Positions 20,501-30,343 of a DNA stretch of 64,000 bases are shown here, in pieces. The DNA is taken from contig CBDAOB010000005.1 of NCBI GenBank assembly GCA_965197905.1, forward strand, positions 1,824,001 through 1,888,000, given 5' to 3'. The number at the start of each line of letters is the position of its first letter. Position 1 is the first letter of the stretch. Source of the DNA: Candidatus Latescibacterota bacterium (GTDB lineage Bacteria; Latescibacterota; UBA2968; UBA8231). Position numbers and translations under genes: made by a program. The notes under the pieces were generated by a model. The model worked only from the letters and a program-made list of their open reading frames with translations. It was not told the origin of the DNA and made no database searches.

Positions 20501-23500
20501 GCGATCGGAACGTCCGCGCTGCCATTCGATGGTATACTGGAACTGCGCGCCCGTGCTGATCGGTATGGTCAGGCCCTCCAACGGCGAGGTAAACTCGAAC
20601 GAGGGACCATGCCGCACGGCCAGAGGCTGACTGGAGACACCCACTGCAAAGGTGTCTTCGTCGGCCACAACCGCGTAGAGGAAGTAGGCGCTCTGTGCGA
20701 TAATCGAGTCTTGACCACTACCCTGAGCGGTGACGTCGAAATCGAACTCGATATCTTCGTCGGTGCGCAAGGTATCGGACAACTGCATCTCGGTCGCTCC
20801 CGTCAATGCTAGGGTCTGGTTCGGGAACGTGCCGGTAATTAGAGCATTGGCATTGGTCAACGCGCTCGACGTCGAGAAGAAGAGACGAACCTGAGCATTG
20901 TCGTCATAGTCGACCAATTGGAAATCGATGTTGTACGGATTGGTCTTGGCGGCGACATCGAATTCGCCCGTATCCACCGTATCGGTTGCCACTGGCTCAA
21001 GCGACTTGACGAGCGGAATGTGGCGAACTCGCAAGGCGCCGTCACTTACGGCGAACACGGCTGGATTGACCAGATCGTCACCCACCACGTAGATGAAGTA
21101 GGTGCCATCTGGGACCTTGGTCAGCGCTGCAAAGCCCAGAGCCTGCAACGTTGCACCCGGATCATCCCAGGTGTAGGTCTGCACGTTGGTGCCGGAGGAA
21201 CCTTCGACGAAGTCCGCCGTGCCGCTCGCTGCATTTACAGAGGTGTCATCCTGCTCGTCGACGATTAAGGTCGCAAACGTGCGGATATCCTGGACGTTGC
21301 TCAAACCGTTGTCGGTGTAGAAGTAGAGCTCCATCTGGAGACCCGCTGCCGGCGTGGAAACGTTGTCGTCGGAGTCGAAGAGCACGTACCGAATGCTCTG
21401 GGTCTCGTTGGCGAACCCACCCGCGCCGAGAGTGCTGGCATCCGGTTCCACAACCTGTACCACCGGCGCTACGTTGGCAGCAGCGATGTCTATGTCGGCA
21501 CTCAGCTGGAAGAAGCTTCCCAGAGGCGGCGAGAGGGTTGATACCAGTCCTCTAGCCTGTTGAGTATGAAGTACGTTGGCAACTTGGCCCTGAGCCCCAT
21601 ATATAGGATTTGTGGTTTTTCCTATAAGGTCGATGCTCTGAGAGACGTTAGGGGTCGATGTAGCAGAATTGGATGCCGAGCTCGCGCGAATGACAAACAG
21701 GTTGTCACTGCTACCTGCGTCCAGCACATTCAACTTTACGAGCAGGCCATTCTTATCGGTATCGTCGCCCCACTCGCCGAAGTTGCTGCTTCCATCATCG
21801 TCGGCGAGGCCTTCCCAATTACCGTTGTCATTCTGTGCTTCTACCTGGTTGGACGCTCCCTTGAACACGCCCGTAGCAGAGGCCGGAGTCAGTGATGCCA
21901 CCCCCATGGAGGATAACCCAATGGTCACCCAACGGCCGGTGAGGAATCCACCCGGAGCAGAGGAGGAGCCAGGTGTGGCGCCGCCGATTCCGGATCCATT
22001 CGAATTGTCGGCGACCGTTACTGGAATCATGTTCTCCAGCGACGCAGTTTGGGGGTGTACCGGGTTGTAGGTCAGTATGTACTGGTTTCCCCCTACCGGG
22101 ATCGATCGGTCTTCGAAACTAAGGGCGCGACCGATGACCTTGAAGAACGGCTGCGGCGCTATGCTGCCCATACTCTTGGCCGAATAGCCTCTACCCGAGT
22201 TATCGGCGGCAGCTTGATTGAGAATGTCCGTGCCTGAATTCATAGGCGACCCGCCCACAAAAGAGAGGTAGACGTTGTTGTCGCCCGATCTCATAGAAAT
22301 CTTGGGGGCAAACAGGTCGCGGAACTTGACCCCGACGCCGTCGTCAAAACGGCCCGTACCAGTAGTGTTCATTCCAGTAGCCACAACGGTCGGCAACTCC
22401 CATTCTACGCCGTTGAAACGGCTGTAGTAGAGAGAGTTCGCCTGACCCGAGCTGCCGGCTCCAAAAACCGCAGCGGTCGCAGCCCTCAGTGTTTTTGTGG
22501 AAAGACCACCGGAAAACACGACATGCAGATCGCCCCGCGTCGATAGACGGTCATCGACGACCGCGGCGATCCGGTCCACGAAACCCCAGTGCTGCTCGAT
22601 CTGCCACTTGGAGTTGTTCATGAATAGTTGGCCGGAACTGACAACTTCGCCCGTTATACCCGCTCCTTGCGGGAAAGCGAAGCTCTGCGTAGTCGGCCAG
22701 CCACCGCCGGGTCCGATTACACCGTCGTAGGCGTAGAAGTTGTAAGCGATATTCTCGTCTTCGAAGGTTGTAGCGGCCGAAGCATCGGTGTATTTCCACA
22801 AGGCATATATACGGTCGGGGGTTCGTTGCCGATCAACCACCACCGTGGGGAAGAGATGCACGCCGCGCCCGGCGCCGGCTGCCCCCGTATCGGCGCCTTC
22901 CAAGGATCGGTCGGAGCTGCCCGCTACGTAACCCGCTGCGGGAGATCCACCGAAGTTGGTGTTCGTCATATCGTCGGCGAACGTACCAACCAGGGTACCT
23001 CGCTGACCTTGATCCCATCCACTGGCACCTACCTGATCCCAGAGAGTCGCCGGGACCGATTTGTGCACGATACGGTCGTCAGTGGCGGCGGCGGCGTGGG
23101 TCTGGTACCATACGACATGAAGAACATCGTCGTCGCCCACGGCAATGTCAGGCGTGAGACCGCGGACCGCATCCCGGTCGATGCGGACGCCGCCACGACT
23201 GCTTGTCTGTCCGGTAGATCCGATGGTGACGGCCTGCGCCGAACCTAGCTGCAGACTGTCGTTGTCGATCTTAGCCAGAATGACGTCGTTGGCCACAGAG
23301 AGTGCTGCAACATCCTGCATCTGGCGGTTGTAGACGACAAAAATATCGTCGGTGGAGGTGACGGCCATTCTGGGAAAGCCAGTTTTCCGTGCCGAGACGG
23401 TTGCCGTGTCATTCAAGACAACCGCGTTGTTGGCCGGCAGCCAGGAGCTACCGCCGTCGTTCGAATAGTTAAAATAGATATTGTTGTACGCATTGATGGA

Positions 23501-24136
23501 GCGCCCGCCCGCAATAACTGCAGCGTTTGTGATGGTTTGATTGTCGCGCCCATACCCCCCGAGACCATCCGGAGAATTGTCCATCGCGTAGACTACGCGA
23601 GGATTACCCTTGCTGTTGATGACGATGTCGAGCGTCGAGAACCCGCCCGTTCCGGACAGGTTGGGCGTGAGCATATCGAAACGCAACGTGCCCGATACGG
23701 ATACGGTGTCAGAAAACGTCTTGCCGCCGTCCAGACTCTTAGCATAAACGACGCCGTAGACGGGCGTTGAGGTTGAAACCGAAAAATCCGCGATACCGCG
23801 CTGCTGAACCCAGGCGCGGTGAATGATCCCGTTGTTGTCGATGGCCATGGCCTGATCCATATACGCCGCTTCGCTTGCGGTACTGAAAAAGCCTTGTGCC
23901 TGTTCGACTTTCTGGAAATTGCCAATGACCGGGTAGGTCTCATTGGCCGACTCGCTCAAATCGACAAGAATGCTGATATCCTTGTCGGACGCAAACGAGG
24001 TTTTGGTCGTGCTGTCAGAGGGGGAAAATCCCACTGGCGTCTGATTTTCGAAAACCGGCTGGGCAAAGGCATTCGTACCCAGAGCGATCGCGAAAACGAC
24101 CATCAGCGTTTGAAAAGACTTAAGCCTTAAGCTCAT
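17535..24136 (-). CDS. Giant (~2200 aa) secreted surface protein: Asp-box/BNR region, 4 Ig-like modules, cohesin, dockerin-like pair, cohesin, FlgD/T9SS-like CTD; 1-nt frameshift near 20230 (track ORFs 20090-24235 and 17535-20213)
   Basis: SD GGAAGGAG before ATG 24136; signal ...TNAFA-Q; SLDGGKTF and SNDGGSSW Asp-boxes; GDATGDNQVDVAD...SDINDDGIINAIDL; QNFPNPFNPSTEIRFDIP...SSGVYFYSL...IRKMTLVK. Confidence 0.8.
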
Positions 24137-24409
24137 AACCAAGCACTCCTTCCGTGGACACAACTTACAATTGCTGAAAGCGAAAAAGTCTACGACGGCC
24201 CCAGTTGATTTCCCTATCCCCTGTGGGCCCATCATCTATCGACTTACGTGCCCGCCCCCACGGGCACAATTAGTTCAAAAAGTGGTTTTGTGAGACCTTA
24301 CTCACCTCCTGTGCATTTTTCACGATTGATGAAATAACGTGCTGTTTTTCTGTCATTTATGTATATCGCACACACGGTTCTCCCGCGTTGAACGAATCCT
24401 TACTCCTAC

Positions 24410-24437
24410 TTATCGGCAGTGGGTCTTGGGAACTTCA
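24410..24437 (-). promoter_or_regulatory. sigma28 (FliA/SigD)-like promoter, proximal
   Basis: Minus strand TGAA-N16-GCCGATAA. Confidence 0.55.
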
Positions 24438-24547
24438 AGATTATTTTGCCCGTTAAGTCGCCGATCCAGTTATCAGGTACTATGCCGTTTTTTAGCATTG
24501 GGCCGCAAATCCGATTCAGTTTCGAGGGTTTGCGGTAATAGCTACCT

Positions 24548-24575
24548 ATATCGGCAGCCCACCCTGATTAGTTGA
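24548..24575 (-). promoter_or_regulatory. sigma28 (FliA/SigD)-like promoter, distal
   Basis: Minus strand TCAA-N16-GCCGATAT, same spacing as the proximal copy. Confidence 0.55.
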
Positions 24576-24640
24576 GCGCCGTCTGCGAATAGCCGCACCC
24601 TTGCGACATTGCCTGCCCCCCGTTATTATTACCGCCTCCA

Positions 24641-24813
24641 AAGAAAGGTTGTGGAGCCGACCCCTTTAAGAGTTGCCGGCTCCACCCTCGCTTTCAGACC
24701 AAGTTGTGCCCCAGGTTGTGGTTTCTCGAGCGCTTCACGCCTGATTACGCCGCTTGGGGGAGCGAAAGCGGGCGGACTGCGCTCGCACTTTGATGGGACT
24801 ATAAACTTGTCGC
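24641..24813 (-). ncRNA. Candidate sigma54-driven structured RNA/attenuator (~170 nt) ending in a terminator hairpin
   Basis: Lies between a sigma54 promoter (24824-24839) and the hairpin 24651-24685 followed by CCTTTCTTT. It has alternative helices and no ATG-started ORF. Confidence 0.4.
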
Positions 24814-24823
24814 TGCCCTTCTA

Positions 24824-24839
24824 AGCAAGCATCGTACCA
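24824..24839 (-). promoter_or_regulatory. sigma54 (-24/-12) promoter
   Basis: Minus strand TGGTACG-ATGC-TTGCT, near consensus TGGCACG-N4-TTGCW. Confidence 0.7.
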
Positions 24840-24972
24840 CGCTCAGGGGCTGGAGCATTAACAGATCTTTTAACTTGTTGTGGAACAGGCGATTCGCAAA
24901 ATCACCTGAACCACCGACCTCAGTAACGTCGAGGAAGATTTTGCCTTACTTTTTTACGTTTGGAGAGCGACT

Positions 24973-25227
24973 TTGCCTAAACTGAAATCTTCCAAAAAGC
25001 GGCTTCGGACCAACCTCAAAGCAAGATTAAAGAACAAGGCGATACGCTCGAGGATGCGAACCGCTATCAAGTCTGTGCGAGAAGCTGAGGACAAGGAAAC
25101 GGCTGCTGGCGCGTTGCAAACCGCCGTCTCCCTGATAGACAAAACGGCGCAAAAGAAGGTCATCCACCCGAATATGGCCGCACGTTACAAGTCAAATCTG
25201 ACCCGAATGGTCCAGAAAATGGACTGA
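24973..25227 (+). CDS. rpsT: 30S ribosomal protein S20
   Basis: MPKLKSSKKRLR...NKAIRSRMRTAIK...IDKTAQKKVIHPNMAARYKSNL; TTG start with SD GGAG. Confidence 0.97.
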   Translation: MPKLKSSKKRLRTNLKARLKNKAIRSRMRTAIKSVREAEDKETAAGALQTAVSLIDKTAQKKVIHPNMAARYKSNLTRMVQKMD

Positions 25228-25253
25228 TTGCACCCGCCAACCGATTGAATAAC

Positions 25254-25288
25254 GCCCGCCTGCTCTTATCGAGCAGCGGGCTTTTTTC
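25254..25288 (+). terminator. Intrinsic terminator of rpsT
   Basis: GCCCGC(C)TGCTC-ttatc-GAGCAGCGGGC followed by TTTTTT. Confidence 0.8.
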
Positions 25289-25289
25289 T

Positions 25290-26954
25290 ATGAGCCCGAA
25301 CCGCAGACCCGAGGTGTTTCTCATTTTTGTGGTGGCTGCGGTTGTTCTCGTCTATCTCGGCAGCCTCGACAACAGCTTCCATTACGACGACGGCCACTCG
25401 ATCCAGCGCAATCCCCACATTCGAGATCTGGCCAACCTACCGCGTTTTTTCACAGATACGTCGCTCTTCTCCGAAAATCCGGAGTACGCCATGTATCGAC
25501 CGCTGGTGCTGACCTCTCATGCGCTCAATTACGCTTTGGGAGGGCCCGATCCATCGGGGTATATTGCGCTGAACCTCGCTATTCACACCGCAGCTACCGC
25601 GCTCGCTTTCCTTGTCCTCCTTCAGCTGGGGGGAGGGTTGTACGGCGCAACCTTGGGCGCCCTCCTGTTCGGTTTCCACCCGGTTCACAGTGAGGTAATC
25701 AACTTCGTCAGCGCCCGCTCGGAGTCGCTCGCCGCCGGGTTCATGCTGCTCTCGTTTGCGGCTTACATGAGAGCTACTCAATCCGGAGGGTCGAGGATAG
25801 CAGTGTCATCGAAGGGGTACCGAGCCCTCTCCGTTTTGGCCTTCGGCTTGGGGTTGTTGTGCAAGGCGACCGCCATTGCGCTGCCTGCCCTTTTGATCGT
25901 GTATGCGTGGCTCCGTCATCCAAAAGGCTGGAATTGGCGCGACCTGGCTCGAGTCCAGCTCGCCTACTGGGCCGTCACCGCGCTGTATGTGGCAACATAC
26001 CTCTTCTTCTCGTCGCAGAGCGTCGGAAGAGCCGGCGAGGTACGGAGTGCGACGTCCCAAATCGCGACGCAGGCTAAGGCGATCGTCCACTACATTAAAC
26101 TTTCCATAATGCCCACGGAGCTGACCATATATCACCAGTTTTTCATCTCCGATTCGCTCGCAGAATGGGCCCCGTTTCTCGGCCTTCTTGCGGGGCTCAG
26201 CCTCGCGCTAATGTTTGTTGTCTTGTGTAGGACAAACTGGCTGGCCAGCTTCGGTTGCGCCTGGTTTGTCATCACCCTGTTTCCAACGTTAGCAGTGCCT
26301 CTAAACCTGGCCGTGAACGACCACAGACTCTACCTGGCTTTGTTGGGTCCGGTGATCACGTTGACTGCGTTGTGCAGGGATCGTCGCTTCGCCATTTGGG
26401 CAGTAGCGGCCGCCGCCGTCTTCGGCCTCCTGTCCGCCAAACAAGATGTCGTGTGGCAGGATGAGCTGAGCCTTTGGGACCATGCCGCCAAGCGCGCACC
26501 GCTCATGCCCGAAGCGCACTACAATCTGGCGGTTGAATACCACGAGGTGGGAGATCTGCAGATCGCGCGACTTTCATACGAGGCCGCGGTTGGACTTGAT
26601 GCGACCTACGAGGAGGCACAGGCCAATCTGGCTTCGATCTATCGTGCTGCCGGTGAGCTGGAAAAGGCGGAGTCGGCGCTAAAAGCCGCGCTTCAAGCTG
26701 AACCTGATCTTCCAGGAGCTCTCAACAGCCTTGGTTTGCTGCTGATGGACAAGGGGCAGTTAGAGCGTGCCGAGCAGGTTTTTCTGCAGATTCTGGCTTC
26801 GGACCCTGAGGTGGCCGAGGCACATTTCAATTTGGGACTGATCTACCGGGACCAGGGAAAGAAGGATCTGGCCGTTGAATATCTGAAACGAGCCGTAGCT
26901 TTGAAACCGGAACTAAAAACGTCGACCCTGCGAGCTCCGTCAATTCAGCGATAG
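25290..26954 (+). CDS. TMTC-like multi-pass membrane glycosyltransferase (GT-C) with C-terminal TPRs, paralog 1
   Basis: FHYDD loop after TM1, MYRPL, LFGFHPVHSEVINFVSARSE, LLCK, NDHRLYL, VWQDELSLW, then TPRs (AHYNLA, AHFNLG). Confidence 0.85.
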   Translation: MSPNRRPEVFLIFVVAAVVLVYLGSLDNSFHYDDGHSIQRNPHIRDLANLPRFFTDTSLFSENPEYAMYRPLVLTSHALNYALGGPDPSGYIALNLAIHTAATALAFLVLLQLGGGLYGATLGALLFGFHPVHSEVINFVSARSESLAAGFMLLSFAAYMRATQSGGSRIAVSSKGYRALSVLAFGLGLLCKATAIALPALLIVYAWLRHPKGWNWRDLARVQLAYWAVTALYVATYLFFSSQSVGRAGEVRSATSQIATQAKAIVHYIKLSIMPTELTIYHQFFISDSLAEWAPFLGLLAGLSLALMFVVLCRTNWLASFGCAWFVITLFPTLAVPLNLAVNDHRLYLALLGPVITLTALCRDRRFAIWAVAAAAVFGLLSAKQDVVWQDELSLWDHAAKRAPLMPEAHYNLAVEYHEVGDLQIARLSYEAAVGLDATYEEAQANLASIYRAAGELEKAESALKAALQAEPDLPGALNSLGLLLMDKGQLERAEQVFLQILASDPEVAEAHFNLGLIYRDQGKKDLAVEYLKRAVALKPELKTSTLRAPSIQR

Positions 26955-27108
26955 GGGACCAGGTACCCGGCCCAGTCTGCCAAAAATAGAAGCGAAGGCT
27001 GGCAACCGCCCGGCGAACAGGGAAACCAACAGCTTCAGGCTAAGGGAATGGAAAATGTGGTTGTTGAGATCAGAATAGGTGGTCGGAATCTCGCGAGGGG
27101 CGGGGCAG

Positions 27109-28026
27109 TTACTCGAAGGCTCGAGTACTGAGGTAACGGAGCCCGCTGTCGCAGAGAATGGTGGCCACCCTCTTGCCGGTCCCTAACTCCGCCGCAACCT
27201 CGCACGCCTTGAAGACGTTGGCACCCGCGGAAATACCCACCAGTAGTCCTTCCTCCCGCGCTAGGCGACGAGTCATGTCGTAGGCGTCGTCGTCGCTAAT
27301 GGTGCGCACCTCGTCGATGAGCGAGCGGTCGAGGATATCCGGAACGAATCCGGCGCCGATCCCCTCGATGTAACTGAATCCAGGATTTCCTCCCGACAGG
27401 ACGGGCGAGCCCTCCGGCTCAACGGCAACCACGCGCACCGCCGGAATCGCCTCTTTGAGCACCATTCCAACCCCGGTGAGCGAACCACCGGTACCCACTC
27501 CCGCCACCAGCGCATCGATCTGCCCATCCATCTGCTCGAGAAGCTCGGGGCCGGTGGTGCGTCGGTGAATCTCCGGATTGGCGGGGTTCATGAACTGCTG
27601 CGGCAGGAAATATTCGGGGTGCTCTTGCTTAAGCTTCAACGCCCGTTCGATGGCGCCGCGCATCCCCTCGTCTGAGGGGGTAAGCAGAACCTCCGCTCCA
27701 TAGGCCTGAATCTGCAGCCGGCGCTCCCGGCTTGCGGTGTCGAACATGGTAATGATGAGGCGATACCCCTTGATCGCCGCAACCATCGCCAGGCCAATCC
27801 CGGTATTGCCGCTGGTGGGCTCGACGATTGTGCCGCCAGGTTTCAACGCCCCGGCTTCTTCGGCTGCCTCGACCATGGCGAGGGCGATGCGATCTTTGAC
27901 ACTTCCGGCAGGATTTGCCGACTCCAGTTTCGCCCAGACCTCGGCGGTTTCGTTTCCAACCACCTGGTTCAAGCGCACGATCGGCGTGGCACCGATAAGA
28001 TCCAGCGCGTTGTTGGCCCGTTTCAT
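27109..28026 (-). CDS. cysK: Cysteine synthase A (O-acetylserine sulfhydrylase)
   Basis: NPAGSVKDRIA (PLP lysine), EPTSGNTGIGLA, GVGTGGS, IEGIGAGFVP, GISAGAN, DSGLRYLS. Confidence 0.93.
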   Translation of the reverse strand: MKRANNALDLIGATPIVRLNQVVGNETAEVWAKLESANPAGSVKDRIALAMVEAAEEAGALKPGGTIVEPTSGNTGIGLAMVAAIKGYRLIITMFDTASRERRLQIQAYGAEVLLTPSDEGMRGAIERALKLKQEHPEYFLPQQFMNPANPEIHRRTTGPELLEQMDGQIDALVAGVGTGGSLTGVGMVLKEAIPAVRVVAVEPEGSPVLSGGNPGFSYIEGIGAGFVPDILDRSLIDEVRTISDDDAYDMTRRLAREEGLLVGISAGANVFKACEVAAELGTGKRVATILCDSGLRYLSTRAFE

Positions 28027-30032
28027 TCTTCTTTTTCCTCTAGTGCGCTATTCAGTGCTTGAATCCGCGTCCGCACGTATTGCTCACGAGTGTGGTTGCC
28101 CACCGAGACCCGGAGAAACCGTCGGTAACTTTCGAGTGCTTCGCCGGGCGCTCCCAACCCCTCCCACGCCTGCGCCAGACCCAACAACATGCCCGGCTCC
28201 GCTGGCGCCATGCTCAGCGCGGCTGCATAGATCTCCTGCGCCGGCCGGTAGCGCCCGCTTTCCAGATAGATGGATCCGAGATTCATGTGGGCCCCGAGGT
28301 GATGAGGCGATCTGCTGAGCGCCTGCCGATACTGCACCTCCGCCGCCTCGTGGTTGCCGTTGGTCCAATCCAGATTGGCCAGGTTATAATATGTTTCACC
28401 GTGGTCCGGTCGCAAGAATATAGCCCGCTGGTACGCCGAGCGGGCTTCGTCGAACCTTCCCTGGCGGACATGCAAAATACCCAGTCTGCGGTGAACCTCG
28501 CCGGATGCTGGGTGGTGTTCCGCCGCTTTCCCCAGCAGATCCTCCGACATTTTCAGCTGATTGCGATCGAGATGGACCGCGGAAAGATTGATCAGGGAAT
28601 TGTGGAACGTCGGGTCGAGCTCGAGGCTTTTCTCGTAGGATCTCACCGCGGCATCGATCTGACCCAGCAACCTCAGTCCATTGGCCAGATTATAATGTGA
28701 CTCTACCACGCCTGGGGCCAGCTCGACCGCCCTCTGGTAGCGCTTCACGGCCTCCTCAACTCTGCCCGACGCCTCCAGGGCACCTCCGAGGTGCATCTGC
28801 GAACGGTACATCCCCGGGCTCTGTCGCACCGCGGCGTTCCAGAGCGTCAATTCGCTCTCCCATACCCGATTTCTTTTCGCCGTCAGCGCAGCGAGGCAGA
28901 CCACAACGGTCACCGCGGCTAGTAGGCGGAGCCGCCGGATATCGGACCATGTTGCGACTAACATGGTCACCCCGATAGCGATGCCGGCAAGAGGAAGATA
29001 GAGCCGGTGCTCGTTCACGAGCACGTTCAATGGCACAATACTAGAAGGCAGCAAAGGCAGGATGGTCCACGCGCAAACTAGCGCGGCCTTACGCCGGTGC
29101 CGTAGGGCGAACAAAGCAGACAGCAGCAGGAGCGCCGCGAAGAGAACAGGAGCCTCCCACCACACCTCCGACACGCGAAAACCGTGTTCGACGCTCAGAT
29201 GAATTGGAGCAGCGACAAGCTGCAGGTAATATGGCATCGCCTTGATCTGCGTGTATATCTGGTGCGTTAGGTCCCTGATCGGATGCCCCAACGCCGAATC
29301 AATCCCTTGTTGGACCAATGCCACGTAAGCGAGACAGACCATCCAGTAGCCCGCATTGTGCGCCCAGGGAATCGGATCTCGCTCTCGGCGCTCCCGAACA
29401 AACTCCCATACCAGTAAGGCGAGGGGTAACACCGCTGCGGTAGCCTTGCTCAACAGCGCCAGTGCGAACGCCGCCAGCGAAGCGAGGTAGATCATGCTGC
29501 CCGAATTCGATCGCTGGCGCGCACGCCATCGCAGGTAAAAGAGCAGGGCCAGCAGATACCAAAACGCCGCGAGGGATTCGGAGCGACTGCTGATGTAGTT
29601 GGTGGCTTCCGCCTGCAGCGGATGCAAACCGAACAACAGGGCGCCGAATGCTGCGGCGCGGGCATTGCCGACAACGGCGATCCCAAGCAGGTAGACGGCG
29701 ATCGCACAACTGATGTGAAGGGCAACGTTGACGAGGTGATACCCGAAGATCTCGTACCCGTGCACCCAGTGGTTCAAGGCGTAGGTGACCAGGACCAGCG
29801 GCCGGTACATGGCCCGCTCGGGCATGGACGAGAATAGGCTCGGGTCCGAGAAGAACGCGGGAATGTTCCCCAGGAGCCGAATATGGGGGTTCTCGACTAT
29901 GGAGTGGAAATCGTCGTAGTGAAAACTATTGGAGAAGGAGTTGCCGTAGGTGGCAACAATTGCCAACGTCGCCAGAAGCAGAAACCATCGACGTGTGGAA
30001 GCGGCAAGCAACGGTGCGTTCACATCTGGCAA
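28023..30032 (-). CDS. TMTC-like membrane glycosyltransferase with TPRs, paralog 2
   Basis: FHYDD, MYRPL, LHPLQAEATNYISSRSE, LLSKA, VNEHRLYLP, RNRVWESELTLW, about 7 TPRs; stop overlaps the cysK start (ATGA). Confidence 0.85.
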   Translation of the reverse strand: MPDVNAPLLAASTRRWFLLLATLAIVATYGNSFSNSFHYDDFHSIVENPHIRLLGNIPAFFSDPSLFSSMPERAMYRPLVLVTYALNHWVHGYEIFGYHLVNVALHISCAIAVYLLGIAVVGNARAAAFGALLFGLHPLQAEATNYISSRSESLAAFWYLLALLFYLRWRARQRSNSGSMIYLASLAAFALALLSKATAAVLPLALLVWEFVRERRERDPIPWAHNAGYWMVCLAYVALVQQGIDSALGHPIRDLTHQIYTQIKAMPYYLQLVAAPIHLSVEHGFRVSEVWWEAPVLFAALLLLSALFALRHRRKAALVCAWTILPLLPSSIVPLNVLVNEHRLYLPLAGIAIGVTMLVATWSDIRRLRLLAAVTVVVCLAALTAKRNRVWESELTLWNAAVRQSPGMYRSQMHLGGALEASGRVEEAVKRYQRAVELAPGVVESHYNLANGLRLLGQIDAAVRSYEKSLELDPTFHNSLINLSAVHLDRNQLKMSEDLLGKAAEHHPASGEVHRRLGILHVRQGRFDEARSAYQRAIFLRPDHGETYYNLANLDWTNGNHEAAEVQYRQALSRSPHHLGAHMNLGSIYLESGRYRPAQEIYAAALSMAPAEPGMLLGLAQAWEGLGAPGEALESYRRFLRVSVGNHTREQYVRTRIQALNSALEEKEE

Positions 30033-30050
30033 GTAAGCTCGTCGTCGCAG

Positions 30051-30332
30051 TCAGGCTTTGCCACCGGCAATAGCCGGCACGATCGACAGGTTGTCGCCGT
30101 TGTTCAGGGGCGTTTCGGAGCCGTCCAGAAAACGGATGTCCTCGTCGTTGACATAGATATTCACGTAACGGCGAATCTCCCCGTTCTCGTCGACCAGCTT
30201 TTCCTTGATGCCGGCAAATGACGTCTCAAGATTCTCTACCAGCTCTGCCACAGTTGCTGCGTCAATCTCTACCTCGGCCTGGTTTCCAGTCAGCTTTCGG
30301 AGAGGGGTGGGTACGTGCACCGTAATTGCCAT
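30051..30332 (-). CDS. MoaD/ThiS/CysO-family ubiquitin-like sulfur carrier
   Basis: VHVPTPLR...RRYVNIYVNDEDIRFLDG...LSIVPAIAGG-KA; SD GGAGG. Confidence 0.93.
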   Translation of the reverse strand: MAITVHVPTPLRKLTGNQAEVEIDAATVAELVENLETSFAGIKEKLVDENGEIRRYVNIYVNDEDIRFLDGSETPLNNGDNLSIVPAIAGGKA

Positions 30333-30343
30333 TTATTCCTCCG

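Noticed and set aside
24137..24972. CRISPR array or known riboswitch in the long intergenic region
   Set aside because: No regularly spaced direct repeats; no TPP, SAM, cobalamin, c-di-GMP, glycine or T-box consensus recognisable by eye.
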